In this document: positions 1 to 8,992 of the stretch, piece after piece
How positions within the stretch are numbered: position 1 is the stretch's first letter
Layout: every line of letters begins with the position of its first letter
From: Acidobacteriota bacterium
GTDB lineage: Bacteria > Acidobacteriota > Thermoanaerobaculia > Gp7-AA8
Assembly (NCBI GenBank): GCA_019244185.1
Contig: JAFATB010000014.1
Coordinates: forward strand, 384,001 to 448,000
Direction of reading: 5' to 3'
Length of the DNA: 64,000 nucleotides
Program-made: the position numbers and the translations under genes
The notes under the pieces: generated by a model
What the model saw: only the letters and a program-made list of their open reading frames with translations
The model's database searches: none
What the model was told of the DNA's origin: nothing

Positions 1-1
1 C

Positions 2-313
2 CTCGAGCACTACGGCCTCGAGCGGATGCGCAACACGCTGCGCGATCACGTGCGCTTCGCCGAGCGCCTCGCGGACGAGCTGCGCAAACGCAACGACGTC
101 GAACTGCTCGCGCCGCAGTCGTTCAGCGTGGTCGTGTTCCGTCTCAAAGCGGGCGACGACGCGACGATGCAGCTGATGGAACGCATGAACGCCACCGGCA
201 AGCTGTTCGTCTCGCACACGAAGATGCGCGGCCAGTACGGGATCCGTGTCGCGATCGGCAACGGTGCGACGGAATGGGAGGACGTCGCGCAGGTCCTCGC
301 GTTTTTGGGCTGA
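2..313 (+). CDS. PLP-dependent (group II, aromatic-amino-acid-type) decarboxylase, C-terminal part; truncated by window start
   Basis: Open frame from base 2 (LEHYGLERMRNTLRDHVRFA...SVVVFR...N.TGKLFVSHT..RG.Y.IRVAIGN) matches the typical C-terminus of group II decarboxylases. Confidence 0.8.
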   Translation, partial: LEHYGLERMRNTLRDHVRFAERLADELRKRNDVELLAPQSFSVVVFRLKAGDDATMQLMERMNATGKLFVSHTKMRGQYGIRVAIGNGATEWEDVAQVLAFLG

Positions 314-322
314 CGCCCCGCG

Positions 323-2158
323 CTACGGCGCCGCTTCCGCGTGCGCCGCGATCTGCGCGATCACCGCGTCGCCGAACGCCTCCAGCTTCGCGTCGCCGAT
401 GCCGTAGATGCCGCGCAATTCGTAGCGCGTCGTCGGGCGGGCGCGGGCGAGCTCGCGCAGCGTTTTGTCGCTGAAGATTACATACGGCGGCACGCCGCGC
501 TCTTCCGCCTCGGAACGGCGCCACGCGCGGAGCACGTTGAAGAGATCCCGATCGTACGGGCCGTCATCCACCGCGGGACGCCGCGCCGGCGACGAGGACG
601 CCGAGCCGGCGACGCGATCTTTCTTCCGCACCGCCGGCTGCCGCAGCTTCACTTCCGCGTAGCCTTTGAGCACGTCGCGCGCGCGGCTGCCGAGGCGGAG
701 CGTGGGGTATTCGGCGTTCGTCTGGAACAGGAAATCCTGCGCGATCAGCTGGTAGATCCATTCGCGCACGTCGTGGCGCGTGCAGCCTTTCAAGAGTCCA
801 TACGTCGACAGTTGATCGTGCCCGCGGTCGCGGATCTTTTCCGTGTCTTCGCCGCGGAGGATGCTCACCACGTGCGCGACGCCGAACGACTCGCGCACGC
901 GATAGACGCACGACACGATCTTCTGCGCGACCACGAGCGCGTCCTGCACCTCCTCGGTCTCGCCGAGGCAGAGATCGCAGGCGTTGCAGCGCTCGGCGTC
1001 GTAGGACTGGCCGAAGTATTCGACGAGAGCGCGGTGGCGGCACGTCGCGCCGGCGCAGTAGCGGTCGATGTCCTGCAGATGCCGCAGCGTCGACGCCGCA
1101 TGCTGCGGATCGGCCGCGGTGTCTCCGAGCATCGACTTCCACGTCATGAAGTCGGCGCCCGAGTAGAGCAGCACGCACTCCGCCTCTAGACCGTCGCGTC
1201 CCGCGCGTCCCGATTCCTGCTGGTAGTGCTCGATCGACTTCGGCATCGCCGTATGCAGCACGAAGCGCACGTTCGAGCGGTCGATGCCCATTCCGAATGC
1301 AACCGTCGCCACGACGAGATCGCACTTTTCATTCGAGAACCTGTCCTGCGCCTCGCGTCGCTCGTCCTGCGAGAGTCCCGCGTGATACGCGACGGCGTCG
1401 TGGCCGCGGCGGCGCAACTTCTCGGCGAGCGAGTCGACGTCCCGGCGGCGCATGCAGTAGATGATGCCGGCCTCGCCGCGGTGGCGCTCGATCACGTCGA
1501 CGACCTGCTTCGCCTCGTCTTCGCGCGCGAGGACGCGATACGTGAGATTCGGCCGGTCGAAATCGCCGACGAGCTCCAGCGGCTCGCGCAGGCTGAGCTC
1601 GTTCGCGATGTCGCGCCGCACCTCGGGCGTCGCGGTCGCGGTGTACGCGTGCACGGCGGCGCCGGGAAACTCCTCGCGGATCGCGCGCAACTGCCGGTAC
1701 TCAGGACGGAAGTCGTGTCCCCAGTGGCTGATGCAGTGCGCCTCGTCGATGGCGAACGTCTTCACGTTGGCGATGCGCAGCAGCTCGCGGAACTGCGGCG
1801 TGGCCAGGCGTTCCGGCGAGACGAAGAGCAGCTTCGCGCGGCCGGCGAGCACGTCGCGCTCGGTCGCGCGGAGCTCGTCGAGCGACTGCGAGCTGTTCAG
1901 CTGCGCCGCGTGCACGCCGCATTCGCGCAGGCCGTCGACCTGGTCTTTCATCAGCGAGATGAGCGGCGAGACGACGACGGTGACGGACTCCTGCAGCAGC
2001 GCCGGCGCTTGGTAGCAGAGCGACTTGCCGCCGCCGGTCGGCATGACCACGAGCGCGTCGCGGCCGGACAGCGCGGCCAGCATCGCTTCCTCCTGTAGAG
2101 GTCGCAACGACGAGTAGCCCCAGTGCTTTTGGATGACGTCGAGGAGGCGGGCCTTCAC
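323..2158 (-). CDS. recQ: ATP-dependent DNA helicase RecQ
   Basis: MPTGGGKSLCYQ, DEAHC, TATAT, ATVAFGMGID, QESGRAGRDG, RecQ Zn-binding Cys cluster, RQC and C-terminal HRDC (VPPYVIFSD..L.E). Confidence 0.97.
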   Translation of the reverse strand: MKARLLDVIQKHWGYSSLRPLQEEAMLAALSGRDALVVMPTGGGKSLCYQAPALLQESVTVVVSPLISLMKDQVDGLRECGVHAAQLNSSQSLDELRATERDVLAGRAKLLFVSPERLATPQFRELLRIANVKTFAIDEAHCISHWGHDFRPEYRQLRAIREEFPGAAVHAYTATATPEVRRDIANELSLREPLELVGDFDRPNLTYRVLAREDEAKQVVDVIERHRGEAGIIYCMRRRDVDSLAEKLRRRGHDAVAYHAGLSQDERREAQDRFSNEKCDLVVATVAFGMGIDRSNVRFVLHTAMPKSIEHYQQESGRAGRDGLEAECVLLYSGADFMTWKSMLGDTAADPQHAASTLRHLQDIDRYCAGATCRHRALVEYFGQSYDAERCNACDLCLGETEEVQDALVVAQKIVSCVYRVRESFGVAHVVSILRGEDTEKIRDRGHDQLSTYGLLKGCTRHDVREWIYQLIAQDFLFQTNAEYPTLRLGSRARDVLKGYAEVKLRQPAVRKKDRVAGSASSSPARRPAVDDGPYDRDLFNVLRAWRRSEAEERGVPPYVIFSDKTLRELARARPTTRYELRGIYGIGDAKLEAFGDAVIAQIAAHAEAAP

Positions 2159-2196
2159 TGGCGACGATTATCGCATCTGTGCTATTTGTCGCCGCC

Positions 2197-2736
2197 GTGC
2201 AGACCCTTCTCGCGAACGCGCGCTACACGCGAGCCATCGACGCGGTCGCCGAACTGCTCGCGCGGCTGCGCGTCGACGCGATCTTCGTCGGCAACATCGC
2301 CCGCGCGGCGTGGCTCGGCGGCGAAGTCGAATCCGGCACCATCGACGTCCTCGTGCTGATGGCCGAGCCGCAGAAGAATCAGCTGGCGATGATGGCGTCG
2401 AACCGCGGCTTCCGCGTCGAGCGCGAGGAACTGCAGGCCGCCGACGAGCTCGACCTCGTGCCGATCGGTTTCCGCGACGACGAGGGCGAGGTGCGCGTGT
2501 TCGTGCTGCTCGCCACGAATGCGCTCTACGCGAAGATGGTGACGGCGGGACGCGAGACGATGTTCGGCGAGCGCCTGCTGCGCGTCCCGGCGCCGGAGGA
2601 TCTCGCGCTGATGCTGATGATGGCCGAGGATGACGGCACGCTGCGCAGTCTCACGGAGTTGCCGGAGTTCGACCTCGCCGCGTTTCGCGAACGGCTGACG
2701 TCGATCGGATTGGGCGGACGGGTGGCGGCCGAATGA
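2197..2736 (+). CDS. Nucleotidyltransferase-fold hypothetical protein
   Basis: FVGNIA...SGTIDVLV and late VPAPEDL resemble minimal or AbiEii-like NTase folds; GTG start at 2197 (alternative 2179); ATGA overlap with rnd. Confidence 0.55.
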   Translation: MQTLLANARYTRAIDAVAELLARLRVDAIFVGNIARAAWLGGEVESGTIDVLVLMAEPQKNQLAMMASNRGFRVEREELQAADELDLVPIGFRDDEGEVRVFVLLATNALYAKMVTAGRETMFGERLLRVPAPEDLALMLMMAEDDGTLRSLTELPEFDLAAFRERLTSIGLGGRVAAE

Positions 2737-3851
2737 AGTGGATCGATCGTCAGGACGCGCTCGATGCCGCGCTCGCACGGGTCGGCGCGCAGAGCGAGAT
2801 CGCCGTCGATACCGAGGCGGACTCGCTGCATTCGTACTTTGACAAAGTCTGCCTCGTGCAGATCTCGCTGCCGGATGAAGACCTGATCGTCGATCCGCTG
2901 GCGGGCATCAACCTCTCGAAGTTCGGCGAGGTGCTCGCCAATCCCGCGGTGACGAAGATCTTCCACGGCGGCGACTACGACCTGCGCATCATGAACCGCG
3001 ACTTCAACTTCACGGTGCGCAATCTCGTCGACACCTCCGTCTGCGCGCAGCTCCTCGGATACGAAGGCATCGGCCTCGCCGCGCTGCTCGACCGCCACTT
3101 CGGTTTGAAGCTGAACAAAACGCATCAGCGCGCCGACTGGTCGATGCGTCCGCTGCCGCCCGACATGCTCGAGTACGCGTCGACGGATACGCACTATCTC
3201 GCCGCGCTCGCCGCGAAGCTGCGCGAGGAACTGGTCGCGCTGGGGCGGTGGGAGTGGGCGCTCGAGGAGTTCGCGCGCCTCGAGAACGTTCGCTACAAGG
3301 AGAGCGAGGACGACGGCGAGTCGTGGCGCAAGGTCAAGAACATCGGCGCGCTCGACCGGCGCTCGCTGGCGATCGTGCGCGATCTCTACCGCTGGCGCGA
3401 TGCGCTGGCGCGGAAGGCCGATCGTCCGCCGTTCAAGGTCCTCGGCAACGACGCGCTCGTCGAGCTCGCGCGCGTGAAGCCCCCGTCGCTGCGCGAGCTC
3501 GCGGCGGTGAAAGGCCTGCCGCGCTATCACGTCGACCGCTACGGCCGCGAGCTCGTGAACCTCATCCGTCGCGCGATGGAGATCCCGGAAGCCGAGCTGC
3601 CGGAGAAGAACGAGCCGAAGCCGTGGATCCGCGACAAAGCGCTGGAAGGCCGCATCGAACGTCTGAAGCGCGTGCGCGACAAGTTCGCGAAGGAGCTGAA
3701 GATCGACGGCTCGGTACTAGCACCGCGCCACATCCTCGCCGCCGTCGCGACGACCGGCTCCCTCGACGCCCCCGCGATGCGCGAGTGGCAGAAGAAGCTC
3801 CTCGGCGACGCGTTCCTCGACGCGCTGAAGCCCGAAGCCAAGCTGTTCTGA
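2733..3851 (+). CDS. rnd: Ribonuclease D (DEDDy 3'-5' exonuclease plus HRDC)
   Basis: AVDTE, KIFHGGDYD, DT, DWS.RPL...MLEYA.D, HRDC region (RD..AR..DRPPF.VL). Confidence 0.93.
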   Translation: MKWIDRQDALDAALARVGAQSEIAVDTEADSLHSYFDKVCLVQISLPDEDLIVDPLAGINLSKFGEVLANPAVTKIFHGGDYDLRIMNRDFNFTVRNLVDTSVCAQLLGYEGIGLAALLDRHFGLKLNKTHQRADWSMRPLPPDMLEYASTDTHYLAALAAKLREELVALGRWEWALEEFARLENVRYKESEDDGESWRKVKNIGALDRRSLAIVRDLYRWRDALARKADRPPFKVLGNDALVELARVKPPSLRELAAVKGLPRYHVDRYGRELVNLIRRAMEIPEAELPEKNEPKPWIRDKALEGRIERLKRVRDKFAKELKIDGSVLAPRHILAAVATTGSLDAPAMREWQKKLLGDAFLDALKPEAKLF

Positions 3852-3875
3852 CGCGCGCGTTACAATGCGCGCCGC

Positions 3876-4877
3876 ATGGAACGGGAACGCGTTACCGACT
3901 ATCAGGTCATCATCATCGGATCGGGGCCGGCCGGTTGCACGGCCGCGCTGTATCTCTCGCGCGCGAACATCAAGGCGATCGTGCTCGAAGGGCTGCAGCC
4001 CGGCGGACAGCTGACGATCACGACGGACGTCGAGAACTATCCCGGATTTCCGGAAGGCATTCTCGGGCCGAAGCTGATGGACCTCATGCGCCAGCAGGCC
4101 GAGCGTTTCGGCGCGGTCTTCCGCGCGCTGGAGCCGGTCGAGAACGTGAACTTCCGCACGCATCCGTTCGAAGTGCAGACCGATCAGCGCTTGTATGTGG
4201 CGCCCGCGGTCATCGTCGCGTCCGGCGCGTCGGCGAAGCAGATCGGGCTGCCGTCCGAGCAGGCGCTGCAGGGCTTCGGCGTGTCGTACTGCGCGACGTG
4301 CGACGGTTTTTTCTTCAAGAACAAAGAGATCGTCGTCGTCGGCGGCGGCGACTCGGCGATGGAAGAGGCGACCTTCCTCACGAAATTCGCGAGCAAGGTC
4401 ACGGTCATCCACCGCCGCGAGGAGCTGCGCGCGTCGAAGATCATGCAGGAGCGCGCGCTGTCGAACTCGAAGATCGAGTTCGTGTTCAACACGACCGTCG
4501 ACGAGGTGATCGGCACGAAGGAGAACGGCGTCACCTCGCTCAAGCTCCGCAACCTCAACACGAACGAGGTCACGGACTTTGCGACGCAGGGCCTCTTCGT
4601 CGCCATCGGCCACACGCCGAACACCGCGCCGTATGTCGGCCAGCTCGAGCTCGATCAGGCGGGCTACATCTGCCTGCCGCATCGCCATTCGACGGTGACG
4701 AACATCCAGGGCGTCTTCGCCTGCGGCGACGTCGTCGACCACATCTACCGGCAGGCGATCACCGCCGCAGGCAGCGGCTGCCAGGCCGCGCTCGACTGCG
4801 AGCGCTGGCTCACGCACCAGCGCATCACCGAGCGCTGGGGCCTCGCGCAGGGCGAGGAAGAGCGCGTCGACACGTAG
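3876..4877 (+). CDS. trxB: Thioredoxin-disulfide reductase
   Basis: GSGPAG, GGQL.TT.VENYPG, CATCDG active site, GGGDSAMEEA, HRR, GD, YRQAITAAGSG. Confidence 0.97.
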   Translation: MERERVTDYQVIIIGSGPAGCTAALYLSRANIKAIVLEGLQPGGQLTITTDVENYPGFPEGILGPKLMDLMRQQAERFGAVFRALEPVENVNFRTHPFEVQTDQRLYVAPAVIVASGASAKQIGLPSEQALQGFGVSYCATCDGFFFKNKEIVVVGGGDSAMEEATFLTKFASKVTVIHRREELRASKIMQERALSNSKIEFVFNTTVDEVIGTKENGVTSLKLRNLNTNEVTDFATQGLFVAIGHTPNTAPYVGQLELDQAGYICLPHRHSTVTNIQGVFACGDVVDHIYRQAITAAGSGCQAALDCERWLTHQRITERWGLAQGEEERVDT

Positions 4878-4949
4878 GCGGAAACGCAGCCCCCCGTTCG
4901 GCAGGTCGTGAAACGCTTCAGCCCTCGCTCGCACTAATGAGGTGGAGGT

Positions 4950-5291
4950 GTGAGCATGAGAATGAGGCTTGTTGTGATCTCTTTAGCGGCGATCGCGTTG
5001 GTGACGCGCGATGCATCGGCAAAGTGGATGGCGTGCTGCACGAACGGCATCGCGTACACGGCAGACACGCTGAGCGGCCAGTGGACACCGGCGGGTGGAT
5101 GTGCGGACGGACCGTGGATGATCGAATATCGCGCCATCCCCAGTGGTGGCGGGAAGAAGGTCGACATCCTCAAGCAGACGGTTGGATCGTTGCCCGTCGC
5201 GCTCGAACGTCAGCGTGCGAATGACACGTTCACGAAGCCCAAGAACAGGAAAGAGTGGGTCGCTCGGCTGCAGGAGCGGGGCAAACCGTAA
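4950..5291 (+). CDS. Small secreted hypothetical protein with Cys residues
   Basis: GGAGG Shine-Dalgarno upstream; signal peptide ending ASA; atypical, lower-GC codon usage; exact start uncertain (4950, 4956 or 4962). Confidence 0.55.
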   Translation: MSMRMRLVVISLAAIALVTRDASAKWMACCTNGIAYTADTLSGQWTPAGGCADGPWMIEYRAIPSGGGKKVDILKQTVGSLPVALERQRANDTFTKPKNRKEWVARLQERGKP

Positions 5292-5324
5292 CAGCGTCCA
5301 CGGCGAGCGCCACGTCCTTCAAAC

Positions 5325-5350
5325 AAAAAAGGCCGCCCTCGCGGGCGGCC
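5325..5350 (-). terminator. Rho-independent terminator of the M23 gene
   Basis: GGCCGCCC-tcgc-GGGCGGCC hairpin at 5331-5350 next to A6, which is a U6 tract on the minus strand. Confidence 0.85.
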
Positions 5351-5374
5351 TCGCTCCTTGCGTGAGCGACTGGT

Positions 5375-6247
5375 TCAGAACGCGTTGAGGATGTACTCGA
5401 GCGGGTTCACCGGGTTGTTGTTCACGCGGACCTCGTAGTGGAGGTGCGGGCCGGTGGAGCGGCCGGTCGTGCCGACGAAGCCGATGATGTCGCCGCGCTT
5501 GACGTGCTGGCCGGGGTGGGCGTTGAAGCTGGAGAGGTGGCCGTAGCGCGTCGAGTAGCCGTAGCCGTGGGAGATGTAGATCACGTTGCCGTAGCCGTTC
5601 GCCCATTCGGCCTTGATCACGATGCCGTCGGCCGGCGCGCGCACGGCCTGGCCGATGGCGGAGGAGATGTCGACGGCGTTGTGCTGGCCCGGCTCACCGG
5701 TGAACGGATCGCTGCGGCCGCCGAAGCCGTCGGTGAGAATGCCGCGCACGGGCGCGATCGACGGCGTGGAGGAGAGGAGCTGCGACTGCGCGACGAACTT
5801 CTGTTCGAGCACCGCGAGATCCTTCTGCAGGTTGCGCGAGCGGAAGCTCATCTTGTCGATGTCGTCGCGGTACGGATTGTTCGAGTCGTCGTTGCGCACA
5901 CCGCCCGAGCCGCCCTGGCTGGTCTCGTCGAGCGTGGTGATGCCGGCGATGATGGCCAGCTTGCGGGTGCGGTCTTCGACGGTGTGGAGCTGGCCGCGGA
6001 GCGATTCGACCGAGCGGCTGAACTGTTCGTTGGCGGTCTGCAGCTCTTTGTTCTCGCGGCGCAGCTTCGAGAGCTCGTGCGTCTGCGAGAGAGAGGTGAA
6101 GTACTGCACCGAGAAGAACGTCGAGAGGCAGAGCGAGGAAGTGACGACCGAGATCAGCGAGAAGAGCAACCGGTGGGACACCTTCAACTTTCGGAACTTG
6201 GCCCGCGCGTGCGGGACAAAAATGATCGTTGAATAGCGCTTATCCAT
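5375..6247 (-). CDS. M23 family peptidoglycan endopeptidase with N-terminal TM segment and coiled coil
   Basis: HNAVD (HxxxD), YGHL, TGRSTGPHLHYEV; start MDKRY at 6247 with GGGAG SD. Confidence 0.93.
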   Translation of the reverse strand: MDKRYSTIIFVPHARAKFRKLKVSHRLLFSLISVVTSSLCLSTFFSVQYFTSLSQTHELSKLRRENKELQTANEQFSRSVESLRGQLHTVEDRTRKLAIIAGITTLDETSQGGSGGVRNDDSNNPYRDDIDKMSFRSRNLQKDLAVLEQKFVAQSQLLSSTPSIAPVRGILTDGFGGRSDPFTGEPGQHNAVDISSAIGQAVRAPADGIVIKAEWANGYGNVIYISHGYGYSTRYGHLSSFNAHPGQHVKRGDIIGFVGTTGRSTGPHLHYEVRVNNNPVNPLEYILNAF

Positions 6248-6296
6248 GCGTGCTCCCCGTGAACGAATTAGTGAACTGGGCCGTTCGTGAGCGCGT

Positions 6297-6325
6297 ATTC
6301 TGGTCAAGTCGGGCGGGGGAGTCAA
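6297..6325 (-). promoter_or_regulatory. Sigma-70 type promoter for the M23 gene
   Basis: Minus strand TTGACT-17 nt-CAGAAT, about 50 nt upstream of the ATG. Confidence 0.65.
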
Positions 6326-6514
6326 CCTCAAAACCGCCCTATTACGGAAGGTGCCGGCATGGAGGTAAACCCTCGAAAAACAAGCACTTGTCGGCACGAT
6401 TTATGGCGAAACCGCATATTCGTCCGCGATTCCGGCTTGTTCTCGTCCATATACGCAAATAACACTCGGAGCGCACGAAACGTCTCCACGACCGATGCTA
6501 GAATCCCGCGCCTC

Positions 6515-6940
6515 ATGCGAGCGGACTGGCACACGTACTTCATGGGCATCGCCTCCCAGGCGGCCACGCGCGCGACCTGCCTCCGCAAGCACGTCGGCGC
6601 GGTGATCGTCCGCGACCGCACCGTGCTCTCGACCGGCTATAACGGCTCGGTGCGCGGTTTACCGCACTGCGAAGACGTCGGCTGCGTGATGGAAGACGGC
6701 CACTGCGTGACGACCGTGCACGCCGAGGCGAACGCGATCCTGCAGGCGGCAAAGAACGGCGTCTCGGTCGACGGCGCGGAGCTCTACACGACCGCCTCGC
6801 CGTGCTGGAACTGCTTCAAGCTGATCGCGAACGCCGGCATCCGCAAGATCTACTACGGCGAGTTCTATCGCGACGAGCGCTCGCGCGAGACGGCCGAGAA
6901 GATCGGCATCGAGCTCGTCGACCTGAAGATGAAGGCGTGA
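6515..6940 (+). CDS. Deoxycytidylate (dCMP) deaminase / ComEB family
   Basis: W..YFM.IA, R.TC.R..VGAVIV, TGYNG, HAEANA, PCWNC Zn motif; extended -10 TGCTAGAAT just upstream. Confidence 0.9.
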   Translation: MRADWHTYFMGIASQAATRATCLRKHVGAVIVRDRTVLSTGYNGSVRGLPHCEDVGCVMEDGHCVTTVHAEANAILQAAKNGVSVDGAELYTTASPCWNCFKLIANAGIRKIYYGEFYRDERSRETAEKIGIELVDLKMKA

Positions 6941-7542
6941 GCGCGATGCTCGTCCTCGCCGCCGACACGTCGCTCCCGATCCTCTCCGTCGCGCTCATCA
7001 ACGATGAAGCGCTGATCGGCGCGCTCGCGCTCGAAGGGCGCGGCTCGCGCAACGAGAAGCTGCTCCCCGCGATCGACTGGCTGCTCAGCGAAAACGGCAT
7101 CGACCGCCGCGCGATCGAGCTCTTCGCCGTCACGCGCGGCCCGGGCTCCTTCACCGGCGTCCGCATCGGCCTCGCCACGATGCAGGGACTCGCGCTCGCA
7201 CTCGGCAAGCCGGTCTGCGCGATGTCGACGCACGAGGCGCTGGCGTACGGCGAGAGCGGCCGCGTGGCGGTCGTCGACGACGCGGGCCGCGGCGAGTCGT
7301 ACGTCTCCGTCTTCGACGAGGCCCGCGAAGTCCTCGCCCCGCACCTCGGCACGCCGCCCGCCGATGCGCGCGTCGTGCACGCGAACGAGCTGCTGCAGCG
7401 CGACAACGTTGCGCTCCGCTGCGCGCGGCGCGCGCTGGCGATCGAGCGCGCGGGCGACGGCGCGCGCTACCGCGACGTGACGCCGATCTACGTGCGGCTC
7501 GCGGAGGCCGACGTCAAACTGCAGCAGAAGCAGAATGCCTGA
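6937..7542 (+). CDS. tsaB: tRNA threonylcarbamoyladenosine biosynthesis protein TsaB
   Basis: LAADTS, GPGSFTGVRIG, terminal P.YVR..EA; start GTG 6937 or ATG 6946. Confidence 0.93.
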   Translation: MSAMLVLAADTSLPILSVALINDEALIGALALEGRGSRNEKLLPAIDWLLSENGIDRRAIELFAVTRGPGSFTGVRIGLATMQGLALALGKPVCAMSTHEALAYGESGRVAVVDDAGRGESYVSVFDEAREVLAPHLGTPPADARVVHANELLQRDNVALRCARRALAIERAGDGARYRDVTPIYVRLAEADVKLQQKQNA

Positions 7543-7978
7543 CGCGCTCACGATCGGGCCCGCGACGCGTGCCGATCTCGACGCCGTGCATGGGTTGGAG
7601 ACCGAGGCGTTTCCGGCGCCGTGGCGCCGCGAGTTCTTCGACAGCGAGCTCGCCGCCGACTGGCGCTTCAATCTCGTGGCGCGGCGCGACGGCGCGCTGG
7701 TCGGCTACCTCTTCGCGATGTGGCTCTTCGACGAGATGCACGTGAACAAGATCGCGGTCGCGGAGTGGGCGCGAAGGCAGGGGATCGCCGGCGCACTGAT
7801 GGCGCGCTGCTTCACGTTCGCGCGCGAGCACGGCGTGAAGACGATCTCGCTCGAGGTGCGGCGCTCGAATCACGGCGCGCAGGATTTCTACCGGCAGCTC
7901 GACTTCAAGCCGTCATACGTGCGGCCGCGCTACTACCCCGACGGCGAAGCCGCGGTCGTGATGACGCGCGACCTGTGA
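7535..7978 (+). CDS. rimI: Ribosomal protein S18 alanine N-acetyltransferase
   Basis: GNAT fold: AF..PW, IAV....RRQGIA, LEVR.SN.GA..FY, R..YY; follows tsaB. Confidence 0.9.
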   Translation: MPDALTIGPATRADLDAVHGLETEAFPAPWRREFFDSELAADWRFNLVARRDGALVGYLFAMWLFDEMHVNKIAVAEWARRQGIAGALMARCFTFAREHGVKTISLEVRRSNHGAQDFYRQLDFKPSYVRPRYYPDGEAAVVMTRDL

Positions 7979-7981
7979 TCG

Positions 7982-8992
7982 TCAATCCGGCCAGCGCAGC
8001 GAATACTGCTTCGGCCGCACGAGCTGCGCGCGCACCGCGTCTTCGACTTCGGTCGCGCTGACGATGACGTTCGCGTGGCGCTCCGCGTGCGCGAGCTGCT
8101 CGGACGTGATCTTGTCGTCGCGCAGCACCGCCGCGAGCGGATCGGGCTGGATCCAGCGGCCTTCCAGCGCGGCGATGCCGGCGAAGAGATCGACCGGCTC
8201 GATGGTGAGCTCCTGTTTGTCCGGCGCGTGAATGACGATGCGCGCCGGGAAGGGGTTGTAGACGAGGTCCGCCTCCTCGGCGAACGTCGTCGCGCGGCCC
8301 TCACTCGCATCGAGCTTGTCGGCGAGCGTCTCCATCGCGTGGCGCACGTTCTCGACGAGCGGCTGCTCGTCCTCCGTCACCATCGGATCGTTCCCTGCCT
8401 CGTCTTTCTCATCGAGCACCGCGGCGAAGACGTAGCGCGCGCGGTCGGAATGTTTGTCGAGATACGAGTAGAGGTGCTGCACGGCGTTGAAGTAGTGCGC
8501 GACGTCGCCGCTCCACGCCGACAGCGCCTCCTCGAACTCGCGCCGCTGTTCGCGCGTCGCGCGGGAGCTCGTGCCGGGATAGAGCGTCAGCTCGCGCCAG
8601 CCGTCGCCGCGGACGAGACTCACCGTCACGTTCATGTCGGAGAAGATGCGCTGCAGATCGTCGGCGGGGATGCGCACCGCGCGCGTGACGCGATCGAGCG
8701 TGCCGCGGCTGCGATCGAACGTGAGTCGCTCCGATTCCGGCGAGAGTCGCGCGAAGCGCGCGGACCACGCGTCGGTGCCGGCCACCGCGGCATCGCGCGC
8801 GGTGTCGATGCGCGTGCGCATGGCGCTGTTCGCCGGCTGCGACAGGAAGTCCGTCTGCACGGTGACGCTCACGAGGTCGCCGTCGCGCGAATCGGCGAAG
8901 TCGATCGTCACCTCGTCGCTGACCGGCACGCGCGCGCACGCGGTGATGACGGCGAGCAGCGCAACGAGCGCGAGTCCGAGTCGCCGGCGCAT
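7982..8992 (-). CDS. Hypothetical lipoprotein
   Basis: MRRRLGLALVALLAVITA-C lipobox; GGAGG SD; start overlaps the stop of the upstream permease. Confidence 0.75.
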   Translation of the reverse strand: MRRRLGLALVALLAVITACARVPVSDEVTIDFADSRDGDLVSVTVQTDFLSQPANSAMRTRIDTARDAAVAGTDAWSARFARLSPESERLTFDRSRGTLDRVTRAVRIPADDLQRIFSDMNVTVSLVRGDGWRELTLYPGTSSRATREQRREFEEALSAWSGDVAHYFNAVQHLYSYLDKHSDRARYVFAAVLDEKDEAGNDPMVTEDEQPLVENVRHAMETLADKLDASEGRATTFAEEADLVYNPFPARIVIHAPDKQELTIEPVDLFAGIAALEGRWIQPDPLAAVLRDDKITSEQLAHAERHANVIVSATEVEDAVRAQLVRPKQYSLRWPD

